DNA of 64,000 nt, from assembly GCA_051313645.2 (NCBI GenBank), contig JBNRSN020000020.1, positions 106,516,001 to 106,580,000 of the forward strand. The letters run 5' to 3'. This document shows positions 1 to 13,800 of this stretch, piece by piece. Every line of letters starts with the position of its first letter. The first letter of the stretch is position 1. The position numbers and the translations under genes are program-made. The notes beneath the pieces were generated by a model that was given only the letters and a program-made list of their open reading frames with translations, did not search any database and was not told the DNA's origin. The stretch is from Centroscyllium fabricii. Taxonomy: Eukaryota.

Positions 1-3000
1 ATCTCCCCTCTTCAGTCAGTGATCTCCCTGTTAAGTCAGTAATCTCTCCTCTTCAGTCAGTAATCTCTCATCTTCAGTCAGTAATCTCTCCTCTTCAGTC
101 AGTATTCTCCTCTCTTCAGTCAGTAAACTCCCTCTTCAGTCAGTAATCTCTCCTCTTCAGTCAGTAAACTCTCCTCTTCAGTCAGTAATCTCCCCTCTTC
201 AATCAGTAATCTCCCTCTTCAGTCAGTAATCTCTCCTCTTCAGTCAGTAATCTCCCCTCTTCAGTTAGTAATCTCCCCTCTTCAGTCAGTAATCTCCCTT
301 CTTCAGTCAGTAATCTCCCCTCTTCTGTCAGTGATCTCCCTCTTCAGTCAGTAATCTTTCCTCTTCAGTCAGTAATCTCTCCACTTCAGTCAGTAATCTC
401 CCCTCTTCAGTCAGTAATCTCCCCTCTTCAGTCAGTAATCTGCTCTCTTCAGTCAGTAATCTCCTCTCTTCAGTGAGTAATCACCACTCTTCAGTCAGTA
501 ATCTCCCCTCATCAGTCAGTAATCACCCCTCTTCAGTCAGTAATCTCCCCTCTTCTGTCAGTAATCTCTCCTCTTCAGTCAGTAATCTCCCCTCTTCAGT
601 TAGTAATCTCCCCTCTTCAGTCAGTAATCTCTCCTCTTCAGTCAGTAATCTCTCCTCTTCAGTCAGTAATCTCTCTTCAGTCTGTAATCTCCCCTCTTCA
701 GTCAGTAATCTCTCCTCTTCAGTCAGTAATCTCTCATCTTCAGTCAGTAATCTCTCCTCTTCAGTCAGTAATCTCTCCTCCTCAGTCAGTAATCTCTCCT
801 CTTCAGTTAGTAATCTCTCATCTTCAGTCAGCAATCTCTCCTCTTCGGTCAGTAATCTCCCCTCTTCAGTCAGTAATCTCTCCTCTTCAGTCAGTAATAT
901 CTCCTCTTCAGTCATTAATCTCCCTCTTCAGTCAGTAATCTCTCCTCTTCAGTCAGTAATCTCTCCTCTTCAGTCAGTAATCTCTCCTCTTCAGTCAGTA
1001 ATCTCTCCTCTTCAGTTAGTAATCTCCCCTCTTCAGTCAGTAATCTCCCCTCTTCAGTCAGTAATCTCCCCTCTTCAGTCAGTAATCTCCCCTCTTCAGT
1101 CTGTAATCTCTCCTCTTCAGTCAATAATCTCCCCTCTTCAGTCAGTAATCTCTCCTCTTCAGTCAGTAATCTCCCCTCTTCAGTCAGTAATCACTCCTCT
1201 TCAGTCAGTAATCTCCCTTCTTCAGTCAGTATTCTCTGCTCTTCAGTCAGTAATCTCTCCTCTTCAATTAGTAATCTCCCCTCTTCAGTCAGTAATCTCC
1301 CCTCTTCAGTCAGTAATCTCCCCTCTTCAGTCAGTAACCTCCCCTCTTCAGTCTGTAATCTCTCCTCTTCAGTCAATAATCTCCCCTCTTCAGTCAGTAA
1401 TCTCTCCTCTTCAGTCAGTAATCTCCCCTCTTCAGTCAGTAATCTCTCCTCTTCAGTCAGTAATCTCCCTCTTCAGTCAGTAAGATCCCCTCTTCAGTCA
1501 GTAATCTCTCCTCTTCAGTCAGTAATCTCTCCTCTTCAGTCAGTAATCTCCCCTCTTCAGTCAGTAATCACCCTCTTCAGTCAGTAATCTCCCCTCTTCA
1601 GTCAGTAATCGCTCTTCTTCAGTCAGTAATCTCCCCTCTACAGTCAGTAATCTCTCCTCTTCAGTCAGTAATCTCTCCTCTTCAGTCAGTAATCTCCCCT
1701 CTTCAGTCAGTAATCCCCCCTCTTCAGTCAGTAATCTACCCTCTTCAGTCAGTGATCTCCCTCTTCAGTCAGTAACCTCTCCTCTTCAGTCAGTAATCTC
1801 TCCTCTTCTGTCAGTAATCTCCCCTCTTCGGTCAGTAATCTCCCCTCTTCAGTCAGTAATCTCCTCTCTTCAGTCAGTAATCTCCTCTCTTCAGTCAGTA
1901 AACACCCCTCTTCAGTCAGTAATCTCCCCTCTTCAGTCAGTAATCACCCCACTTCAGTCAGTAATCTCCCCTCTTCACTCATTAATCTCTCCTCTTCAGT
2001 CAGTAATCTCCCCTCTTCAGTTAGTAATCTCCCCTCTTCAGTCAGTAATCTCTCCTCTTCAGTCAGTTATCTCTCCTCTTCAGTCAGTAATCTCTCTTCA
2101 GTCAGTAATCTCCCCTCTTCAGTCAGTAATCTCTCCTCTTCAGTCAGTAATCTCTCTTCAGTCAGTAATCTCCTCTCTTCAGTCAGTAATCTCTCCTCTT
2201 CAGTCAGTAATCTCCCCTCTTCAGTCAGTAATCTCCCCTCTTCAGTCAGTAATCTCCCCTCTTCAGTCAGTGATCTCCCTCTTCAGTCAGTAATCTCTCC
2301 TCTTCAGTCAGTAATCTCTCCTCTTCAGTCAGTAATCTCCCCTCTTCAGTCAGTAATCTCCCCTCTTCAGTCAGTAATCTCTCTTCAGTCAGTTATCTCC
2401 TCTCTTCAGTCAGTAATCACCCCTCTTCAGTCAGTAATCTCCCCTCTTCAGTCAGTAATTACCCCTCTTCAGTCAGTAATCTCCCCTCTTCAGTCAGTAA
2501 TCTCTCCTCTTCAGTCAGTAATCTCCCCTCTTCAGTTAGTAATCTCCCCTCTTCAGTCAGTAATCTCTCCTCTTCAGTCAGTAATCTCTCCTCTTCAGTC
2601 AGTAATCTCTCTTCAGTCAGTAATCTCCCCTCTTCAGTCAGTAATTTCTCCTCTTCAGTCAGTAATCTCTCCTCTTCAGTCAGTAATCTCTCCTCTTCAG
2701 TCAGTAATCTCTCCTCTTCAGTCAGTAATCTCTCCTCTTTAGTCAGTAATCTCTCCTCTTCAGTCAGTAATCTCACCTCTTCAGTCATTAATCTCTCCTC
2801 TTCAGTCAGTAATCTCTCTTCTTCAGTCAGTAATCTCTCCTCTTCAGTCAGTAATCTCCCCACTTCAGTCAGTAATCTCCCCTCTTCATTCAGTAATCTC
2901 CACTCTTCAGTCAGTGATCTCCACTCTTCAGTCAGTAATCTCTCCTCTTCAGTCAGTAATCTCTCCTCTTCAGTCAGTAATCTCTCCTCTTCAGTTAGTA

Positions 3001-6000
3001 ATCTCTCCTCTTCAGTCAGTAATCTCCTCTCTTCAGTCAGTAATCTCTCCTTTTCAGTCAGTAATCTCTCCTCTTCAGTCAGTAATCTCTCCTCTTCAGT
3101 CAGTAATCTCTCCTCTTCAGTCAGTAATCTCCCTTCTTTGGTCAGTAATCCCCACTCCAGTCAGTAATCTCTCCCCTTCAGTCAGTAATCTCCCCTCTTC
3201 AGTTAGTAATCTCTCCTCTTCAGTCAGTAATCTCTACTCTTCAGTCAGTAATCTCCTCTCTTCAGTCAGTAATCTCTCCTCTTCAGTCAGTAATCTCTCC
3301 TCTTCAGTCAGTAATCTCCCCTCTTCAGTCAGTCATCTCCCTCTTCAGTCAGTAAGATCCCCTCTTCAGTCAGTAATCTCTCCTCTTCAGTCAGTAATCT
3401 CTCCTCTTCAGTCAGTAATCTCTCCTCTTCAGTCAGTAATCTCCCCTCTTCAGTCAGTAATCACTCCTCTTCAGTCAGTAATCTCCCCTCTTCAGTCAGT
3501 AATCTCTCCTCTTCAGTCAGTAATCTCTCCTCTTCAGTTAGTAATCTCCCCTCTTCAGTCAGTAATCTCCCCTCTTCAGTCAGTAATCTCCCCTCTTCAG
3601 TCAGTAATCTCCCCTCTTCAGTCTGTAATCTCTCCTCTTCAGTCAATAATCTCCCCTCTTCAGTCAGTAATCTCTCCTCTTCAGTCAGTAATCTCCCCTC
3701 TTCAGTCAGTAATCTCCTCTCTTCAGTCAGTAATCTCCTGTCTTCAGTCAGTAAACACCCCTCTTCAGTCAGTAATCTCCCCTCTTCAGTCAGTAATCTC
3801 CCCTCTTCAGTCAGTAATCTCCCCTCTTCAGTCAGTAATCTCTCTTCAGTCAGTAATCACCCCTCTTCAGTCAGTAATCTCCCCTCTTCAGTCAGTAATC
3901 ACCCCTCTTCAGTCAGTAATCTCCCCTCTTCAGTCAGTAATCTCTCCTCTTCAGTCAGTAATCTCCCCTCTTCAGTTAGTAATCTCCCCTCTTCAGTCAG
4001 TAATCTCTCTTCTTCAGTCAGTAATCTCTCCTCTTCAGTCAGTAATCTCTCTTCAGTCAGTAATCTCCCCTCTTCAGTCAGTAATCTCTCCTCTTCAGTC
4101 AGTAATCTCTCCTCTTCAGTCAGTAATCTCTCCTCTTCAGTCAGTAATCTCTCCTCTTCAGTCAGTAATATCTCCTCTTCAGTTAGTAATCTCTCATCTT
4201 CAGTCAGTAATCTCTCCTCTTCAGTCATTAATCTCCCCTCTTCAGTCAGTAATCTCTCCTCTTCAGTCAGTAATCTCTCCTCTTCAGTCAGTAATCTCTC
4301 CTCTTCAGTCAGTAATGTCCCCTCTTCAGTCAGTAATCACTCCGCTTCAGTCAGTAATCTCCTCTCTACAGTCAGTAATCTCTCCTCTTCAGTCAGTAAT
4401 CTCTCCTCTTCAGTTAGTAATCTCCCCTCTTCAGTCAGTAATCTCCCCTCTTCAGTCAGTAATCTCCCCTCTTCAGTCAGTAATCTCCCCTCTTCAGTCT
4501 GTAATCTCTCCTCTTCAGTCAATAATCTCCCCTCTTCAGTCAGTAATCTCTCCTCTTCAGTCAGTAATCTCCCCTCTTCAGTCAGTAATCTCTCCTCTTC
4601 AGTCAGTAATCTCCCTCTTCAGTCATTAAGATCCCCTCTTCAGTCAGTAATCTCTCCCCTTCAGTCAGTAATCTCCCCTCTTCAGTCAGTAATCTCCCCT
4701 CTTCAGTCAGTGATCTCCCTCTTCAGTCAGTAATCTCTCCTCTTCAGTCAGTAATCTCTCCTCTTCAGTCAGTAATCTCCCCTCTTCGGTCAGTAATCTC
4801 CCCTCTTCAGTCAGTAATCTCCTCTCTTCAGTCAGTAATCTCCTGTCTTCAGTCAGTAAACACCCCTCTTCAGTCAGTAATCTCCCCTCTTCAGTCAGTA
4901 ATCACCCCACTTCAGTCAGTAATCTCCCCTCTTCACTCATTAATCTCTCCTCTTCAGTCAGTAATCTCCCCTCTTCAGTTAGTAATCTCCCCTCTTCAGT
5001 CAGTAATCTCTCCTCTTCAGTCAGTTATCTCTCCTCTTCAGTCAGTAATCTCTCTTCAGTCAGTAATCTCCCCTCTTCAGTCAGTAATCTCTCCTCTTCA
5101 GTCAGTAATCTCCCCTCTTCAGTCAGTAATCTCCCCTCTTCAGTCAGTAATCTCCCCTCTTCAGTCAGTGATCTCCCTCTTCAGTCAGTAATCTCTCCTC
5201 TTCAGTCAGTAATCTCTCCTCTTCAGTCAGTAATCTCTCCTCTTCAGTCAGTAATCTCCCCTCTTCAGTCAGTAATCTCCCTCTTCAGTCAGTAATCTCC
5301 CCTCTTCAGTCAGTAATCGCTCCTCTTCAGTCAGTAATCTCCCCTCTTCAGTCAGTAATCTCTCCTCTTCAGTCAGTAATCTCTCCTCTTTAGTCAGTAA
5401 TCTCCCCTCTTCAGTCAGTAATCTCCCCTCTTCAGTCAGTAATCTCTCTTCAGTCAGTAATCTCCTCTCATCAGTCAGTAATCACCCCTCTTCAGTCAGT
5501 AATCTCCCCTCTTCAGTCAGTGATCTCCCGCTTCAGTCAGTAATCTCTCCTCTTCAGTCAGTAATCTCCCCTCTTTGGTCAGTAATCTCCCCTCTTCAGT
5601 CAGTAATCTCCTCTCTTCAGTCAGTAATCTCCTCTCTTCAGTCAGTAAACACCCCTCTTCAGTCAGTAATCTCCCCTCTTCAGTCAGTAATCACCCCACT
5701 TCAGTCAGTAATCTCCTCTCTTCACTCATTAATCTCTCCTCTTCAGTCAGTAATCTACCCACTTCAGTTAGTAATCTCCCCTCTTCAGTCAGTAATCTCT
5801 CCTCTTCAGTCAGTTATCTCTCCTCTTCAGTCAGTAATCTCCCCTCTTAAGAAAGTAATCTCCCCTCTTCAGTCAGTAATCTCCCCTCTTCAGTCAGTGA
5901 TCTCCCTCTTCAGTCAGTAATCTCTCCTCTTCAGTCAGTAATCTCTCCTCTTCAGTCAGTAATCTCCCCTCTTCAGTCAGTAATCTCTCATCTTCAGTCA

Positions 6001-9000
6001 GTAATCTCTCCTCTTCAGTCAGTAACCTCCCCTCTTCAGTCAGTAATCTCCCCTCTTCAGTCAGTAATCTCTCCTCTTCAGTCAATAATCTCCCTCTTCA
6101 GTCATTAAGATCCCCTCTTCAGTCAGTAATCTCTCCTCTTCAGTCAGTAATCTCCCCTCTTCAGTCAGTAATCTCCCCTCTTCAGTCAGTGATCTCCCTC
6201 TTCAGTCAGTAATCTCTCCTCTTCAGTCAGTAATCTCTCCTCTTCAGTCAGTAATCTCCCCTCTTCGGTCAGTAATCTCCCCTCTTCAGTCAGTAATCTC
6301 CTCTCTTCAGTCAGTAATCTCCTGTCTTCAGTCAGTAAACACCCCTCTTCAGTCAGTAATATCCCCTCTTCAGTCAGTAATCACCCCACTTCAGTCAGTA
6401 ATCTCCCCTCTTCACTCATTAATCTCTCCTCTTCAGTCAGTAATCTCCCCTCTTCAGTTAGTAATCTCCCCTCTTCAGTCAGTAATCTCTCCTCTTCAGT
6501 CAGTTATCTCTCCTCTTCAGTCAGTAATCTCTCTTCAGTCAGTAATCTCCCCTCTTCAGTCAGTAATCTCTCCTCTTCAGTCAGTAATCTCCCCTCTTCA
6601 GTCAGTAATCTCTCCTCTTCAGTCAGTAATCTCTCCTCTTCAGTCAGTAATATCTCCTCTTCAGTCAGTAATCTCTCCTCTTCAGTCAGTAATCTCCCCT
6701 CTTCAGTCAGTAATCTCCCCTCTTCAGTCAGTAATCTCCCCTCTTCAGTTAGTAATCTCTCCTCTTCAGTCAGTAATCTCTCCTCTTCAGTCAGTAATCT
6801 CTCCTCTTCAGTCAGTAATCTCCCCTCTTCAGTCAGTAATCTCCCCTCTTCAGTCAGTAATCTCCCCTCTTCAGTCAGTAATCTCTCCTGTTCAGTCAGT
6901 AATCTCTCCTGTTCAGTCAGTAATCTCTCCTCTTCAGTCGGTAATCTCACCTCTTCAGTCAGTAATCTCCCGTCTTCAGTCAGTAATCTCCCCACTTCAG
7001 TCAGTAATCTCTCCTCTTCAGTCAGTAATCTCCCCTCTTCAGTCAGTAATCTCTCCTCTTCAGTCAGTAATCTCTCCTCTTCAGTCAGTAATCTCTCATC
7101 TTCAGTCAGTAATCTCTCCTCTTCAGTCGGTAATCTCACCTCTTCAGTCAGTAATCTCCCGTCTTCAGTCAGTAATCTCCCCACTTCAGTCAGTAATCTC
7201 TCCTCTTCAGTCAGTAATCTCCCCTCTTCAGTCAGTAATCTCTCCTCTTCAGTCAGTAATCTCTCCTCTTCAGTCAGTAATCTCCCCTCTTTTGTCAGTA
7301 ATCTCCCGTCTTCCGTCAGTAATCTGTCCTCTTCAGTCAGTAATCTCTCCTCTTCAGTCAGTAATCTCTCATCTTCAGTCAGTAATCTCTCCTCTTCAGT
7401 CAGTAATCTCCCCTCTTCAGTCAGTAATCTCCCCTCTTCAGTCAGTAATCTCCCCTCTTCAGTCAGTAATCTCTCCTCTTCAGTCAGTAATCTCTCCTCT
7501 TCAGTCAGTGATCTCCCCTCTTCAGTCAGTAATCTCTCCTCTTCAGTCAGTAATCTCCCCTCTTCAGTCAGTAATCTCTCCTCTTCAGTCAGTAATCTCT
7601 CCTCTTCAGTCAGTAATCTCCCCTCTTCAGTCAGTAATCTCTCCTCTTCAGTCAGTAATCTCTCCTCTTCCATCAGTAATCTCCCCTCTTCAGTCAGTAA
7701 TCTCTCCTCTTCAGTCAATAATCTCTCCTCTTCAGTCAGTAATCTCTCCTCTTCATTCAGTAATCTCTCCTCTTCAGTCAGTAATCTCTCCTCTTCAGTC
7801 AGTAATCTCCCCTCTTCAGTCATTAATCTCCTATCTTCAGTCAGTAATCTCTCCTCTTCAGTCAGTAATCTCCCCTCTTCAGTCAGTAATCTCCCCTCTT
7901 CAGTCAGTAATCTCTCCTCTTATGTCAATAATCTCTCCTCTTCAGTCAGTAATCTCTCCTCTTCAGTGTGTAATCACCCCTCTTCAGTCAGTAATCTCTC
8001 CTCTTCAGTCAGTAATCTCTCCTCTTCAGTCAGTAATATCTCCTCTTCAGTCAGTAATCTCTCCTCTTCAGTCAGTAATCTCCCCTCTTCAGTCAGTAAT
8101 CTCCCCTCTTCAGTCAGTAATCTCCCCTCTTCAGTTAGTAATCTCTCCTCTTCAGTCAGTAATCTCTCCTCTTCAGTCAGTAATCTCTCCTCTTCAGTCA
8201 GCAATCTCCCCTCTTCAGTCAGTAATCTCCCCTCTTCAGTCAGTAATCTCTCCTCTTCAGTCAGTAATCTCTCCTCTTCAGTCAGTAATCTCTCCTCTTC
8301 AGTCGGTAATCTCACCTCTTCAGTCAGTAATCTCCCGTCTTCAGTCAGTAATCTCCCCTCTTCAGTCAGTAATCTCTCCTCCTCGGTCAGTAATCTCTCC
8401 TCTTCAGTCAGTAATCTCTCCTCTTCAGTCAGTAATCTCTCCTCTTCAGTCAGTAATCTCTCCTCTTCAGTCAGTAATCTCTCCTGTTCAGTCAGTAATC
8501 TCCCCTCTTCAGTCAGTAATCGCCCCTCTTCAGTCAGTAATCTCTCCTCTTCAGTCAGTAATCTCTCCTCTTCAGTCAGTAATCTCCCCTCTTCAGTTAG
8601 TAATCTCCCCTCTTCAGTTAGTAATCTCCCCTTTTCAGTCAGTAATCTCTCCTCTTCAGTCAGTAATCTCCCCTCTTCAGTCAGTAATCTCTCCTCTTCA
8701 GTCAGTAATCTCTCCTCTTCAGTCAGTAATCACCCCTCTTCAGTCAGTAATCTCTCCTCTTCAGTCAGTAATCTCTCCTCTTGAGTCAGTATTCTCTCCT
8801 CTTCAGTCAGTAATCTCTCCTCTTCAGTCAGTAATCTCTCCTCTTCAGTCAGTAATCTCTCCTCTTTAGTCAGTAATCTCTCCTCTTCAGTCAGTAATCT
8901 CACCTCTTCAGTCATTAATCTCTCCTCTTCAGTCAGTAATCTCTCTTCTTCAGTCAGTAATCTCTCCTCTTCAGTCAGTAATCTCCCCACTTCAGTCAGT

Positions 9001-10091
9001 AATCTCTCCTCTTCAGTCAGTAATCTCCCCTCTTCAGTCAGTAATCTCTCCTCTTCAGTCAGTAATTTCTCCTCTTCAGTCAGTAATCTCCCCTCTTCAG
9101 TCAGTAATCTCCCGTCTTCCGTCAGTAATCTCTCCTCTTCAGTCAGTAATCTCTCCTCTTCAGTCAGTAATCTCTCATCTTCAGTCAGTAATCTCTCCTC
9201 TTCAGTCAGTAATCTCCCCTCTTCAGTCAGTAATCTCCCCTCTTCAGTCAGTAATCTCCCCTCTTCAGTCAGTAATCTCTCTTCAGTCAGTAATGTCTCC
9301 TCTTCAGTCAGTGATCTCCTCTCTTCAGTCAGTAATCTCTCCTCTTCAGTCAGTAATCTCTCCTCTTCAGTCAGTAATCTCTCCTCTTCAGTCAGTAATC
9401 TCTCCTCTTCCGTCAGTAATCTCCCCTCTTCAGTCAGTAATCTCTCCTCTTCAGTCAGTAATCTCTCCTCTTCAGTCAATAATCTCTCCTCTTCAGTCAG
9501 TAATCTCTCATCTTCAGTCAGTAATCTCCCCTCTTCAGTCAGTAATCTCTCCTCTTCAGTCAGTAATCTCCCCTCTTCAGTCAGTAATCTCTCATCTTCA
9601 GTCAGTAATCTCCCCTCTTCAGTCAGTAATCTCTCCTCTTCAGTCAGTAATCTCCCCTCTTCAGTTAGTAAACTCCCCTCTTCAGTCAGTAATCTCTCCT
9701 CTTCAGTCAGTAATCTCTCCTCTTCTGTCAGTAATCTCTCTTCACTCAGTAATCTCCCCTCTTCAGTCAGTAATCTCTCCTCTTCAGTCAGTAATCTCTC
9801 CTCTTCAGTCAGTAATCTCTCCTCTTCAGTCAGTAATCTCTCCTCTTCAGTCAGTAATCTCACCTCTTCAGTCATTAATCTCTCCTCTTCAGTCAGTAAT
9901 CTCTCTTCTTCAGTCAGTAATCTCTCCTCTTCAGTCAGTAATCTCCCCACTTCAGTCAGTAATCTCTCCTCTTCAGTCAGTAATCTCCCCTCTTCAGTCA
10001 GTAATCTCTCCTCTTCAGTCAGTAATCTCTCCTCTTCAGTCAGTAATCTCTCCTCTTCAGTCAGTAATCTCCCCTCTTCAGTCAGTAATAT

Positions 10092-10853
10092 CATAGAACA
10101 TAGAACATACAGCACTGTACAGGCCCTTGGGCCCTCAATGTAGTGCCGCCCTTAGTCCATCTCTGATTTTTCCTCTCCCCCCTACTGTTCCTTCCCCTCC
10201 ATGTACCTGTCTATCATCCTTTTAAAAGCACCCAGACTGTCCGCATCCACTATTTCAGATGGTAGCCTATTCCATTCCCCGACCACTCTCTGTGTAAAGA
10301 ACCTGCCCCTGCCATCCCTTCTGAATCTTCCGCCTTGAATCTTGTGCTCGTGTCCTCTTGTTGACGTTCTTCCCGCCCGGGGAAACAGTCTTTGCACGTT
10401 TACTCTATCGATCCCCTTCATCATTTTAAACATCTCTTTCAAGTCCCCCCTCTTCCTTCTCCGTTCCAGGGAGAAGAGTCCCAGCTCCCTCAACCTTTCC
10501 TCGTATGACTTTCCTCCCATTCCCGGCAGCATCCTGGTGAATCTCCTCTGCACCCTCTCCAGCGCCTCCACATCTCTCCTGTAGTACGGTGCCCAGAACT
10601 GCACACAGTACTTCACGTGTGGCCTCACCAGTGACCTGTACAGCTGCAGCATGACCTCCCGGTTCTTAAGCTGTATTCCCCTGTTGATGAAGGCCAATAC
10701 ACCATAGGCCTTTTTCACTGCTTTGTCCACCTGGCTGGCAGCCTTCAGTGATCTGTGTACATTTACTCCCAGATCACTTTGCTCCTCTGCTTCACTCAGG
10801 ATCCTGCCATTGACCCTATATTCCCTCTTCCTATTTGCCCTGCCGAAGTGCAT
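10092..10853 (-). mobile_element. 5'-truncated CR1-clade LINE inserted in the satellite
   Basis: Minus strand ends in a (GTTCTAT)n-type tail (plus CATAGAACATAGAACA at 10092); short 3' UTR with stem-loop (GGCCC-TT-GGGCC inside GCAC..GTGC); satellite resumes in register (GTAAT|CTCCCGTC); no clear TSD. Confidence 0.95.
10182..10853 (-). pseudogene. CR1 ORF2 C-terminal 223 aa (end of RT plus C-terminal domain), stop-free but 5'-truncated
   Basis: Motifs MHFGR, DLGV, LYRSLVRPH.YCVQFW.P, LERVQRRFTR, YEERL..LGLFSLE.RR.RGDL, FFTQRVV..WN.LP typical of CR1 ORF2. Confidence 0.92.
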
Positions 10854-13800
10854 CTCCCGTCTTCCATCAGTAATCTCTCCTCTTCAGTCAGTAATCTCTC
10901 CTCTTCAGTCAGTAATCTCTCATCTTCAGTCAGTAATCTCTCCTCTTCAGTCAGTAATCTCCCCTCTTCAGTCAGTAATCTCCCCTCTTCAGTCAGTAAT
11001 CTCTCCTCTTCAGTCAGTAATCTCTCCTCTTCAGTCAGTAATCTCCCCTCTTCAGTCAGTAATCTCTCCTCTTCAGTCAGTAATCTCCCCTCTTCAGTCA
11101 GTAATCTCTCCTCTTCAGTCAGTAATCTCTCCTCTTCAGTCAGTAATCTCTCCTCTTCAGTCAGTAATCTCCCCTCTTCAGTCAGTAATCTCCCGTCTTC
11201 CGTCAGTAATCTCTCCTCTTCAGTCAGTAATCTCTCCTCTTCAGTCAGTAATCTCTCATCTTCAGTCAGTAATCTCTCCTCTTCAGTCAGTAATCTCCCC
11301 TCTTCAGTCAGTAATCTCTCCTCTTCAGTCAATAATCTCTCCTCTTCAGTCAGTAATCTCTCATCTTCAGTCAGTAATCTCCCCTCTTCAGTCAGTAATC
11401 TCTCCTCTTCAGTCAGTAATCTCCCCTCTTCAGTCAGTAATCTCTCATCTTCAGTCAGTAATATCCCCTCTTCAGTAATCTCTCCTCTTCAGTCAGTAAT
11501 CTCTCCTCTTCAGTCAGTAATCTCTCTTCACTCAGTAATCTCCCCTCTTCAGTCAGTAATCTCTCCTCTTCAGTCAGTAATCTCTCCTCTTCAGTCAGTA
11601 ATCTCTCCTCTTCAGTCAGTAATATCACCTCTTCAGTCATTAATCTCTCATCTTCAGTCAGTAATCTCTCTTCTTCAGTCAGTAATCTCTCCTCTTCAGT
11701 CAGTAATCTCTCTTCTTCAGTCAGTAATCTCCCCTCTTCAGTCAGTAATCTCTCCTCTTCAGTCAGTAATCTCCCCACTTCAGTCAGTAATCTCTCCTCT
11801 TCAGTCAGTAATCTCCCCTCTTCAGTCAGTAATCTCTCCTCTTCAGTCAGTAATCTCTCCTCTTCAGTCAGTAATCTCCCCTCTTCAGTCAGTAATCTCC
11901 CGTCTTCCGTCAGTAATCTCTCCTCTTCAGTCAGTAATCTCTCCTCTTCAGTCAGTAATCTCTCATCTTCAGTCAGTAATCTCTCCTCTTCAGTCAGTAA
12001 TCTCCCCTCTTCAGTCAGTAATCTCTCCTCTTCAGTCAGTAATCTCTCCTCTTCCGTCAGTAATCTCCCCTCTTCAGTCAGTAATCTCTCCTCTTCAGTC
12101 AGTAATCTCCCCTCTTCAGTCAGTAATCTCTCCTCTTCAGTCAGTAATCTCTCCTCTTCAGTCAGTAATCTCCCCTCTTCAGTCAGTAATCTCCCGTCTT
12201 CCGTCAGTAATCTCTCCTCTTCAGTCAGTGATCTCTCCTCTTCAGTCAGTAATCTCTCATCTTCAGTCAGTAATCTCTCCTCTTCAGTCAGTAATCTCCC
12301 CTCTTCAGTCAGTAATCTCTCCTCTTCAGTCAATAATCTCTCCTCTTCAGTCAGTAATCTCTCATCTTCAGTCAGTAATCTCCCCTCTTCAGTCAGTAAT
12401 CTCTCCTCTTCAGTCAGTAATCTCCCCTCTTCAGTCAGTAATCTCTCATCTTCAGTCAGTAATCTCCCCTCTTCAGTAATCTCTCCTCTTCAGTCAGTAA
12501 TCTCTCCTCTTCAGTCAGTAATCTCTCTTCACTCAGTAATCTCCCCTCTTCAGTCAGTAATCTCTCCTCTTCAGTCAGTAATCTCTCCTCTTCAGTCAGT
12601 AATCTCTCCTCTTCAGTCAGTAATATCACCTCTTCAGTCATTAATCTCTCCTCTTCAGTCAGTAGTCTCTCTTCTTCAGTCAGTAATCTCTCCTCTTCAG
12701 TCAGTAATCTCTCTTCTTCAGTCAGTAATGTCCCCTCTTCAGTCAGTAATCTCTCCTCTTCAGTCAGTAATCTCCCCAATTCAGTCAGTAATCTCTCCTC
12801 TTCAGTCAGTAATCTCCCCTCTTCAGTCAGTAATCTCTCCTCTTCAGTCAGTAATCTCTCCTCTTCAGTCAGTAATCTCCCCTCTTCAGTCAGTAATCTC
12901 CCGTCTTCCGTCAGTAATCTCTCCTCTTCAGTCAGTAATCTCTCCTCTTCAGTCAGTAATCTCTCATCTTCAGTCAGTAATCTCTCCTCTTCAGTCAGTA
13001 ATCTCCCCTCTTCAGTCAGTAATCTCCCCTCTTCAGTCAGTAATCTCTCCTCTTCAGTCAGTAATCTCTCCTCTTCAGTCAGTAATCTCTCCTCTTCCGT
13101 CAGTAATCTCCCCTCTTCAGTCAGTAATCTCTCCTCTTCAGTCATAATCTCCCCTCTTCAGTCAGTAATCTCTCCTCTTCAGTCAGTAATCTCTCCTCTT
13201 CAGTCAGTAATCTCCCCTCTTCAGTCAGTAATCTCTCCTCTTCAGTCAGTAATCTCTCATCTTCAGTCAGTTATCTCTCCTCTTCAGTCAGTAATCTCCC
13301 CTCTTCAGTCAGTAATCTCCCCTCTTCAGTCAGTAATCTCCCCTCTTCAGTCAGTAATCTCTCCTCTTCAGTCAGTAATCTCTCCTCTTCAGTCAGTATT
13401 CTCTCCTCTTCAGTCAGTAATCTCTCCTCTTCAGTCAGTAATCTCTCCTCTTCAGTCAGTATTCTCTCCTCTTCAGTCAGTAATCTCTCCTCTTCAGTCA
13501 GTAATCTCTCCTCTTCAGTCAGAAATCTCTCCTCTTTATTCAGTAATCTCTACTCTTCAGTCAGTAATCTCACCTTCAGTCATTAATCTCTCCTCTTCAG
13601 TCAGTAATCTCTCTTCTTCAGTCAGTAATCTCTCCTCTTCAGTCAGTAATCTCCCCACTTCAGTCAGTAATCTCTCCTCTTCAGTCAGTAATCTCCCCTC
13701 TTCAGTCAGTAATCTCTCCTCTTCAGTCAGTAATCTCTCCTCTTCAGTCAGTAATCTCCCCTCTTCAGTCAGTAATCTCCCGTCTTCCGTCAGTAATCTC

